Shown here piece after piece: positions 7,284 through 15,499 of a stretch of 64,000 nt of DNA. Position 1 is the first letter of the stretch. Every line of letters begins with the position of its first letter. The position numbers and the translations under genes were made by a program. Where the stretch lies: positions 5,851 to 69,850 of the forward strand of contig JANQND010000007.1 in NCBI GenBank assembly GCA_028279765.1. Direction: 5' to 3'. This DNA is from Candidatus Nanoarchaeia archaeon. GTDB taxonomy: Archaea; Nanobdellota; Nanobdellia; Woesearchaeales; WJIZ01. Below the pieces are notes generated by a model, which was not told the origin of the DNA, made no database searches, and worked only from the letters and a program-made list of their open reading frames with translations.

Positions 7284-9449
7284 AATGATAGCCACTAGCA
7301 TCAATAGGGACGCTAGCAGCTATCAAAGAAAAGTGTGGGGATGGAGTATCAATAATACGTACCCAGTTGGACGTGGTGGTCGGGAAATTAGATTCCACGT
7401 CAACCGGGTACAGGGTTCCCTAGAAAATAAAGTCCCGGCCCGGTACTCTTCTCAGGAGACCTAGAGTTAAGCACCGAGCCTTGTGGACCGGTCGAGCAGG
7501 TGGTAGTTGCCAAGGAAGAGTACTGATAAAAATTAAAAGGCACCATGAGCAAAAGCTGCATGGCACCTTGAGAAGTGGGCATCTAAATAAAGACTTGGAC
7601 CCTAATGGTATAGAGTCCAAGCCAGCAAATGGACGCCTGCTAAAAATAGCAGGTGTCTAGGTAACAAAAATTGCAAGCACCAAGCGTAGCCCCACAGCAG
7701 TACCTGGTGCTTGCTAAGGCGAATATATATATATAACTCGCCGCGAAAGCAAGATGAAAGTTATAAAACGTAAGCCCACGGATGTGAGCTTACGCAAGTC
7801 AGGGGAGGACACTTTCTTAATAATAATATAGGAAAGTTCCTCAGTCTTTTCCAGCAAAGTCTGAAACAGACCTGCTGGCAGGGACATAGTAAGGGTGAGC
7901 ACTTAGCATACACCTTGCAGCGATACCAAGTGCTCAGACCGTGTAAAGGACTAAACAAAAGCCGAACCCCCATTGCGCATCACACTATTATGCGTCACGA
8001 CCAGTTCGGCTATCCAGAGAACTAAAATTAAAGCCTACCTGAACAAAAATTGCTCAGGTAAGCCATGTTTCCACATTGTCAGGTGCTCGCCGCAGCACTC
8101 TGACATGCAGAGAAGCATATCAAAATGAATATGCCAGCGGTCCCTGTCGGTCAGGGAATAAAAATGAATGCAGAGAACACGCTGGCGGTTGGTATCAGAT
8201 AGTGACCGTCTTTTAATTTTCCCTTCATCCAACTATCTGATGGGGGCAAGTTTACACTATCCTTTTGAAACAGACTAGCGGGTGGTCCCAGTCAACCTGC
8301 CCGCTAATCTTCAGGAAGTGGAGTATCTAAGTAATGTAAAATGCTGCGCTAAGTTTCCCTAGATGGATTCCTTTCCGGCTTAGCGCACACATCCACGACA
8401 AGAAATTTCAAATGAAGACCTGGCAGATAAATGTGGCGAGATATCTGCCAGGTGGAGGCGACTTGCGATATCTCCGAGATATCGCGCTCTAAATAAATCC
8501 ATATAGTAAACCATTATAATACTCAGCAACGCTGAACTCGCAAGTAGCCCAGCGCTGTGAGGAGTCATATTTCTATGACTCAGTTCTAATGGGGATTCCA
8601 GGATAATTAATTACCGGAAGCTGTCAGCAGAACCAAGTAACCCGTAAGCGATGAGCGCTAACGTACTGACAGCCCCCGGCATTGTTCCGACCGGCATCCG
8701 TGCCAGGCAAAGGCAGGATGTGTCCGCAGTCATCCAACCGGCCAGTAGCATCCATGAAGGAAAGATATCATATGTAATAAAGCGCCCTACAGTCTCTTCA
8801 ATGGTGTACTTTCGGGCGCTGACCTAAGCGTTCGAAGGATCAAAAAGCCGAATTGAAAAAAGTATCGGTACTTGTATGGCTTTGATCCTTCTTAACTCAG
8901 GTCTGAAAAGAAAAGTAATAATCATGAAGTAAAAATCAATATAAGCAAGGCAGACAGCAGAAACGGTCCATACTAATGTTTCAGTGCTGGCTGCCTGACC
9001 TTGCTTCCTCTTTAGGACATTTAAAAAACAGTGCCCTAGCTGCTTAAGGGATTAAAGGATGGTCTCTAAGCTGTGAAAAGAGTTATCGAGATATCTTCGG
9101 TCTTGGGAGTGAAATGAATATATGTACAGCTAAGAGACCAATAAGGGTGTAAATACCCGAACGTGGAATGCATAATATGATAGCAAAACACACCCCATAT
9201 CCGAAGACACAGGGTGTGGGACCTGTTTGCGCATCGCTTTTGTAATGAAAATGTGTAAAGGATACGCATCATCCCCGGGCCCTCCCATTGGTTATTCTTT
9301 TTCTCTCTTCCTTTTGGTCTTCTCCGTAGAAAAAAGGACTGCTATCCGCAGATAGCAGTCCAAGGTAAGCTTTCGATATAAATCGAAAACAACGGTTAAT
9401 AACTAAACTTTAACATCACCTACTAACCGAACGCGATGGTTTAGGTGAT
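7284..9449. ncRNA. Hairpin-dense ORF-free block B (candidate very large structured RNA or RNA array, strand unresolved)
   Basis: About 30 consecutive, mutually unrelated stem-loops with 7-14 bp stems and purine-rich linkers. Coordinates are listed in the findings. No ORF longer than about 70 codons. Confidence 0.45.
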
Positions 9450-9992
9450 TTGCATGGCCGGTGCTGTGGCATAAATCACTTTTGCTACGATGGTATTTTG
9501 AGTAAGAATTTTCTCAGCTCGAAAGACCGCAAAGGTACCACCGGAATCAACAACCAGACTATAAATGGAGTTAACCTTTAATACACCGTCAGTTAATGTA
9601 AAATTCAGCAACGGTGTAGCCCATTGTTGACTTTCCGGCATCGCTGCCAAAACAGAATCATCTTCACTCGTAATTGCCATAACTTCAGCAATTTGCGCGT
9701 TTCCAATTTTTTCGACGTTTTCTACTAACGCGCCAACATCAATTGTCTTCAAATTTTCGATCAAAGTCTGGATACCGTCCTGTGTCGTCTTCTTTATGAC
9801 ACTTTTCCCGGTGGTATCCATCGCATTCGTTACTACGCCAACTTCAGGCACCTTTAGCTTTGCCTCAGGGGAAGTGGCTTCATTTTGTGCTAACATACTT
9901 GTGCCGATTTCATCCTGCGCAGTAGCACCTTGCGACAGCGGCACCAGCCCAATGACAAAGCAAAGGGAGATAAATAATTGTAACTTTTTCAT
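9441..9992 (-). CDS. Secreted protein of unknown function
   Basis: ORF 9441..10100 trimmed to MKKLQLFISLCFVIGLVPLSQGATAQ (Sec-type signal peptide). GGAG lies 6 nt upstream of this ATG. CGA Arg codon. Hairpin 9415-9449 overlaps the stop codon. Confidence 0.6.
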   Translation of the reverse strand: MKKLQLFISLCFVIGLVPLSQGATAQDEIGTSMLAQNEATSPEAKLKVPEVGVVTNAMDTTGKSVIKKTTQDGIQTLIENLKTIDVGALVENVEKIGNAQIAEVMAITSEDDSVLAAMPESQQWATPLLNFTLTDGVLKVNSIYSLVVDSGGTFAVFRAEKILTQNTIVAKVIYATAPAMQIT

Positions 9993-11219
9993 TGTTAACT
10001 CCATTCTGAATGAAATTAATAAATTGATACAACAACACCAAGAGGTGTTGTACGACATGTTTTTCTCACCATCCGTAGAAATAACAACGCTGCTGATCAA
10101 AGATGAAAAAGAGACTATTCAATTGTAATATGGATGATTTCTCTTAATTGTCTTGCCGATGTCTCCCTTCTTAAATTGGAGCGGCTCTTGACAAAGATTT
10201 GTCAAGTGTCGAAAAGAAACATCCTAGCACTTTATTTTGTGAGCGGCTCATCCAGCCTTCGTCTGGTTCATTGACCCTCGAACCTAGGGAAGAAACACAA
10301 ATTGTCAGAAACGCTCTATTGCAGTCTCCGCTGCGTAAGTGTCCGTTTCTTATGGACATGACTAGCAGATTACATGGCATTTTTTTACCACAACATGATT
10401 ACGTAAGTATCCGTTTTAGGAGCATCAGAAGCTCTTTTACGTATCCTCACGGAGGACTAGGGTTGTGTGAGGCACTTTACACACAGACACGCTTTACTGT
10501 AAGAGGGCTACTTCATCATCTCCAAGGAAACTTGCTTTAAGTTCCCTAAAATCATTTTCCGGTTATCGCATATTTATGCAACCACAAAAAGGCAGGTAGG
10601 CTTTCCCGAAGTTTTAAACAACGTTCGGCCCGATCGAAGAATAACCATTGGCATTTCTCCTTTTGTTAAAGTATCAGACTTCATAAAATTACTGAGGTTT
10701 ATGAGGTAAAAAACATTTACATCATAGGCAAATCCTCCCATCAAATAATAGAATAGTACTGAATCCAGGTTCTTTCACATTGAAATTTCCTGAATTCCCG
10801 ATTATAACCAAGATCACTTATAGCAAAAGCTAAAGAAAAAAGCTTTTCTTACCGAAAATATGCATCCAATTCTGCATATTTCTTGCCTTTCCAACCGTAA
10901 TGTGCTATAATTCTCTCAGTGCGGAAAATCTTGGTAGCAATTGGTTTTTAGGTTGTCAGACGTTCAACAATCCAAAGAACAAACTCTTCGTTTCGAGTGT
11001 TTGTTTTTGAAATGTTGCAGCTAAAAGCTGTGGTGTCGAACCGATGGGCTCAACGAAATGGTTAGGTAAAAAACATGAGGTGTGATATAATTTTGGGATA
11101 ACTTTTGAACAATAATGAACATTTGATTACTAACCTAATTGCCTTTTCATTTTTAAACTTTACTCAGAAAAAAAGGCCTAATTTCACGACCGCACAGCAA
11201 CGACAAAAGCGAAATATTT

Positions 11220-11302
11220 GGAACAACAATGGCGCGAACAGAGTGTCTCATTCCGAATTTTTGCTTTACAAAAATCGTTTCGTCTGCCATTATTGTTACA
11301 AC
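11220..11302 (+). repeat. Copy 2 of the ~85-nt palindromic element
   Basis: GGAACAACAATGGCGC ... CGAATTTTTG-CTTTA-CAAAAATCG ... TCTGCCATTATTGTTACAAC. It ends 71 nt before the topA ATG; copy 1 ends 73 nt before the nadC ATG. Confidence 0.5.
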
Positions 11303-11337
11303 TCTATTTCAGATTCTTCTCTATCCATATAAATCAC

Positions 11338-11349
11338 AAACCTTTTTAA
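11338..11349 (+). promoter_or_regulatory. BRE/TATA-like box (AAACCTTTTTAA) for topA
   Basis: Located 24 nt upstream of the ATG at 11373. No Shine-Dalgarno site, consistent with a leaderless transcript. Confidence 0.45.
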
Positions 11350-11372
11350 CCCCTCTTTGACCCGCAAACAGT

Positions 11373-13592
11373 ATGACAGAATTAATTGTCACTGAAAAAC
11401 CTGCCGCTGCAAAGAAAATAGCCGAATCACTAGCAGACGGAAAAGCCATCAAAGAAAACATCAATGGTGTTCCGCACTACCAGCTCTCCCATGGCAATCA
11501 GGACATCATTGTTACCTGCGCAGTAGGCCATTTGTACGGTTTAGAGCAAAAAGAAGGAAAAAAGTGGACCTATCCCCTCTTTGACATAGAGTGGAAGCCG
11601 TCGTACGAAACAAAAAAACAATCCGCCTTCACCAAAAAATACCTTGCAGCAATAAAAAAACTTGCAAAACAGGCAAATGAGTTCACTGTTGCAACAGATT
11701 ATGATATAGAAGGGGAAGTCATCGGATTAAATGTCATCAGATACGCCTGCAAGCAAAAAGATGCCCAGAGGATGAAATTCTCCACTCTCACCAAAGATGA
11801 CCTCATAAAAGCCTACAAAAACAAATCTAAAACCCTGGACTGGGGACAGGCCAATGCAGGGGAAACAAGGCATTTCTTAGACTGGTATAATGGCATCAAT
11901 TATAGCAGGGCGCTCACCGCAGCCATCAAATCCACCGGCGCCTTCAAGATCATGTCCGTGGGAAGAGTGCAGGGCCCGGCATTAAAAACCATCGTGGAGC
12001 GGGAAAAAGAAATCCGGGCCTTCAAGCCTGAGCCCTACTGGCAGATTGAACTCACCGGAAAAATAAAAGAAGGAGCGATACAGGCCTGGCATAGCAAAGA
12101 TAAATTCTGGGATAAAGCTGAAGCAGAGGAAGTTCTTGAAAAAACAAAAGGGGAAAAACAAGGTGAAGTAACAAAAGTATCCACCTCTACTTTCAAGCAG
12201 GCACCTCCCACACCCTTTGATCTTACGACACTGCAAACCGAAGCATACCGCTGCCACAAGATTGCTCCGAAAAATACCTTAGAGATAGCTCAGGAACTCT
12301 ATAGTTCAAGCTATATCTCATATCCAAGAACATCATCACAACAGTATCCTGAAAGTATCGGGTATGCAAAAATTCTTGATAGCCTCAAAAATAATTCCGC
12401 CTACAGCACGCTGGCGCAGGACATTCTCAAGAAAAATCCTCTCAAGCCAAACAACGGTAAAAAAACCGATCCTGCACATCCCGCTATCTATCCGACAGGC
12501 ATCAAGCCAATGAACCTCAACTCCTACGAAGAAAAACTCTACGATCTCATCGTCAGAAGGTTCCTGGCAACTTTCGCAGACTACGCAAAGCGGGAAACCA
12601 ATAAGATAGAAATCAATGTCAAAGGCGAGCCCTTCATCGCAAAAGGAACCAGAACAACAGAAAAAGGCTGGCACACCTATTATGGGCCCTACGTCAATTT
12701 AGAAGAAGAAGAGCTTCCAAAAGTAAAAGAAAAGGACAGCGTAGGCATAAAAAAGATAGCCAAGCATGACAAAGAAACCCAGCCGCCGAAGCGATATACT
12801 CCTGCATCAATCATTAAGGAGTTGGAAAAACGAAACCTGGGAACAAAAGCAACCCGTGCATCCATCATCGAGACTCTCTTCAACAGAGGATATATTGATG
12901 GAAAAGCAATCCAGGCAACAGAGCTGGGCATACGCACAACTGAAACACTGGAAAAGCACTCACCAAAGATCATTGACGAGAAGCTCACCGGCCATTTCGA
13001 AGAGCAAATGGAAGAAATACGAAAAGGGAAAAAAACAGAAGAGGAAGTGCTCAGTGAGGCAAAAGAGGCTCTCACAAAAATATTAGCAGATTTCAAGGAA
13101 AAAGAAAAAGAAATTGGAAAAGAGCTGCACACAGCAAACATCGAAACACGCGATGCCATGACCACTATTGGCAGCTGTCCGAAATGCGCTGAAGGCTCCC
13201 TGCAGATACGAAAAGGAAAATTCGGGCAATTTGTTGCCTGCAACAAATACCCCGACTGTAAGACTACGTTCTCACTGCCAGGCAATGCGCTCATCAAGCC
13301 TGCAAAACAGGTATGTGAGCAATGCAACATCCCTATGGTGCTCACCATCAAAAAAGGAAAGCGGCCAACAGCATTCTGTATCAATAAGGACTGCAAATCA
13401 AAAATAGTAGAAAACGAAAAAGCCCAGCAAGAAGCAAATGAGCTCATCGGAACAGAATGCCCTGATTGTAAAAAAGGAAAAATTGCACTCAGAACATCCA
13501 TCTATGGGTCTTTTCTGGGCTGCGACAAATATCCAAAGTGCAAATACACGAAACAGTTAACACAGCAAAAAGAGGAAACAGAGAGCCAATGA
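11373..13592 (+). CDS. topA: DNA topoisomerase I (type IA) with C-terminal zinc ribbons
   Basis: Toprim segments ELIVTEKP and DYDIEGE, active-site segment YISYPRTSSQ, and repeated CPKC/CxxC zinc-ribbon modules at the C-terminus. Confidence 0.95.
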   Translation: MTELIVTEKPAAAKKIAESLADGKAIKENINGVPHYQLSHGNQDIIVTCAVGHLYGLEQKEGKKWTYPLFDIEWKPSYETKKQSAFTKKYLAAIKKLAKQANEFTVATDYDIEGEVIGLNVIRYACKQKDAQRMKFSTLTKDDLIKAYKNKSKTLDWGQANAGETRHFLDWYNGINYSRALTAAIKSTGAFKIMSVGRVQGPALKTIVEREKEIRAFKPEPYWQIELTGKIKEGAIQAWHSKDKFWDKAEAEEVLEKTKGEKQGEVTKVSTSTFKQAPPTPFDLTTLQTEAYRCHKIAPKNTLEIAQELYSSSYISYPRTSSQQYPESIGYAKILDSLKNNSAYSTLAQDILKKNPLKPNNGKKTDPAHPAIYPTGIKPMNLNSYEEKLYDLIVRRFLATFADYAKRETNKIEINVKGEPFIAKGTRTTEKGWHTYYGPYVNLEEEELPKVKEKDSVGIKKIAKHDKETQPPKRYTPASIIKELEKRNLGTKATRASIIETLFNRGYIDGKAIQATELGIRTTETLEKHSPKIIDEKLTGHFEEQMEEIRKGKKTEEEVLSEAKEALTKILADFKEKEKEIGKELHTANIETRDAMTTIGSCPKCAEGSLQIRKGKFGQFVACNKYPDCKTTFSLPGNALIKPAKQVCEQCNIPMVLTIKKGKRPTAFCINKDCKSKIVENEKAQQEANELIGTECPDCKKGKIALRTSIYGSFLGCDKYPKCKYTKQLTQQKEETESQ

Positions 13593-15343
13593 AGAAAATA
13601 ATTCTTCTTATACTGCTGATCATAGCAGTTCCTGCTGTAGTATCCTTAGAAGGAAAAATGCCGCTCCTTGCAGTAAGGGAGACAAGTGAGGGCTTTAAAG
13701 GAAGCAGGGCAGAGCTATTCCTGGAAGTAAAGGAAGGAACCGGAAGAGTATTCGTAGATACCTTTCCTCTCAGCAAAGTTGACACGCAAATTTCCATGCG
13801 ATTTGCAAAAGAGATTGCCTGTGATTTCCTGGAAAAAAACTGCGATAGCCATGACTTCATTTATACCATCAGGGCAAACGCGCCTATCATTGGAGGTCCA
13901 AGCGCAGGAGCAGCAGCCAGTATTCTTACCGTGTCAGTACTCTCGCAAACACCACTGGACCAAAGAAAAGCAATCACCGGAACGATTAATTCAGGGGGAA
14001 TCATAGGGCCGGTAGGGGGCATAAAAGAAAAAATAGAAGCAGCAGCATCTGACGGGCTCACCCATGTCCTTATCCCGCTTGGAGAGAGCAGCACTGCAAA
14101 TGAATCAGTGAATGAAACCGTCAACCTCACACAATTAGGGGAAGAAAAAGGAATCAGCATAATAGAAGTCGTGGACCTAAATGAAGCCCTAAAAGCATTC
14201 ACCGGAAAAACATTTCAGCAGGACGATCAGCAAATCCAGACCACGAGCTCGTATCAGCAAACCATGAAAAATCTTGCGGTAGAGCTTTGCGATCGAAACC
14301 AAAAGCTGCGATCAAGCATCGTGTTCACCAATGATACTCAGGGCCTCTTTGAGTTATCAACAAATCTCTCCAATAGAGGGAATGACGCCTTTGAAAGCAG
14401 CGAATACTATTCTGCAGCAAGCTTCTGTTTTGGGTCAAACGTTCGCATTAATCAGGCATTTCTCGAATCCAAAAACTTTTCTGCAGAAAAATATCAGGGA
14501 CTATTTGAAGAATTAAAAAGAGAAATAAGGAGCTTTGAAGAACAAATTGAAAGCCTCCCTATCAAAACGATTACTGACCTGGAAAGTTACATGATTGTCA
14601 AGGAGCGGTTGGTTGAAGCACTGCAGTATACCAATAACTCAAACAATAATTCACTGGCATATGCCTATGCATATGGGAATGAAAGGCTCCATTCTGCCTA
14701 TTCCTGGTCAAAATTCTTCAATCACCAGGGAAGGAACCTGGTACTTGATGAGGAAAGCCTCAAAGAATCATGCAGGCAGAAGATCGCAGAAGGAGAAGAG
14801 CGCCTGCAGTATGCCAGCATCTATCTTCCCTTCAGCCTGCAGTCGCCAAGAGAAGAACTTGATCTTGCCTATACAGATTTTAACAGCGAGGATTATGCAG
14901 CCTGCCTCTTCAAGTCAAGTAAGGCAAAAGCCGAGGCAAACATCGTACTCAACACCCTTGGTGTTCAAAATAGCTTCATTCCTATCCTCATTGATACCAA
15001 GCTAACCGCAGCAGGACGGGTAATCCAGAAGGCAGAGCAAAAAGACATGTTTCCTATTCTTGGATACAGCTACTATGAATATGCAAACAGCCTCAAAGAA
15101 TCTGATCAGTTCTCAGCGCTGCTCTATTCAGAGTATGCTCTGGAGCTTTCGAACCTGGATCTCTATTTCAGGGAAAAAGAAAGCCCTGTTCAGTCGATGA
15201 AAATTGATAAAGAGAAAATGATGTTCATTATTCTTGGAATTCTCATAGGGGTTGCAAGTGCAATACCCTTTATCAGGTATTCTCAGAAGCCTAAAGTAAA
15301 GAAGAAGAAAAAGGCAAAGAGAAGAAAACCCAGCAAGGCCTAA
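13589..15343 (+). CDS. Membrane-anchored Lon-like S16 peptidase lacking an AAA+ module
   Basis: ORF trimmed to MKKIILLILLIIAVPAVV, whose ATG overlaps the topA stop (ATGA). Catalytic segments GGPSAGAAASIL and GGIKEKIEAA. C-terminal TM helix followed by a Lys/Arg-rich tail. Confidence 0.8.
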   Translation: MKKIILLILLIIAVPAVVSLEGKMPLLAVRETSEGFKGSRAELFLEVKEGTGRVFVDTFPLSKVDTQISMRFAKEIACDFLEKNCDSHDFIYTIRANAPIIGGPSAGAAASILTVSVLSQTPLDQRKAITGTINSGGIIGPVGGIKEKIEAAASDGLTHVLIPLGESSTANESVNETVNLTQLGEEKGISIIEVVDLNEALKAFTGKTFQQDDQQIQTTSSYQQTMKNLAVELCDRNQKLRSSIVFTNDTQGLFELSTNLSNRGNDAFESSEYYSAASFCFGSNVRINQAFLESKNFSAEKYQGLFEELKREIRSFEEQIESLPIKTITDLESYMIVKERLVEALQYTNNSNNNSLAYAYAYGNERLHSAYSWSKFFNHQGRNLVLDEESLKESCRQKIAEGEERLQYASIYLPFSLQSPREELDLAYTDFNSEDYAACLFKSSKAKAEANIVLNTLGVQNSFIPILIDTKLTAAGRVIQKAEQKDMFPILGYSYYEYANSLKESDQFSALLYSEYALELSNLDLYFREKESPVQSMKIDKEKMMFIILGILIGVASAIPFIRYSQKPKVKKKKKAKRRKPSKA

Positions 15344-15499
15344 GCCCTGCCGGGAAAAAGAGGTGATAGATTCACAACTTAGAGTTCGCACTCCAAGATA
15401 GAAAACCTATTTATTTACTTTAAAGTAAAAACAAATATATAAAGATTTCTGTGTTCAAAAAGACAATTCCTTAAAAGAATGTATAGATGAGAAACCGGC

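Noticed and set aside
8276-8306. HDV-like or other small self-cleaving ribozyme (GGTCCCAG segment; also CTGATGA-like strings)
   Set aside because: I could not assemble the nested double pseudoknot or a hammerhead core (CUGANGA plus GAAA with three helices) from the surrounding sequence.
7270-9440. Possible rRNA, RNase P RNA, tmRNA or group II intron
   Set aside because: I searched by eye on both strands for universal 16S blocks (GTGCCAGCAGCCGCGGTAA, GGATTAGATACCC, TGTACACACCGCCCGTC), the 23S sarcin-ricin motif, the RNase P GGAAAGTCCGGGC block and group II domain V. Only trivial partial matches appeared (for example CTGCTGGCA at about 7873). No reverse transcriptase ORF is present.
5263-9449. 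CRISPR array, REP/BIME or MITE array
   Set aside because: The hairpins do not share sequence, length or spacing. Only three short motifs recur. There is no repeat-spacer periodicity.
7284-9449. CsrB/RsmZ-like sponge RNA with GGA loops
   Set aside because: GGA motifs are frequent, but my rough count (about 30 in 2.2 kb) is close to random expectation. They are not preferentially located in loops.
5199-11160. Integron cassette array with attC hairpins
   Set aside because: Hairpins occur every ~50-80 nt rather than once per cassette. I saw no GTTRRRY core sites. There is no integrase gene, and the host appears archaeal.
12689-13501. 270-aa minus-strand ORF antisense to topA (similar cases at 18005-18553, 50927-51451 and 52302-52907)
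   Set aside because: These are shadow ORFs within strongly supported genes on the opposite strand. Their translations are low-complexity and Ser/Phe/Cys-rich, with no recognisable motifs.
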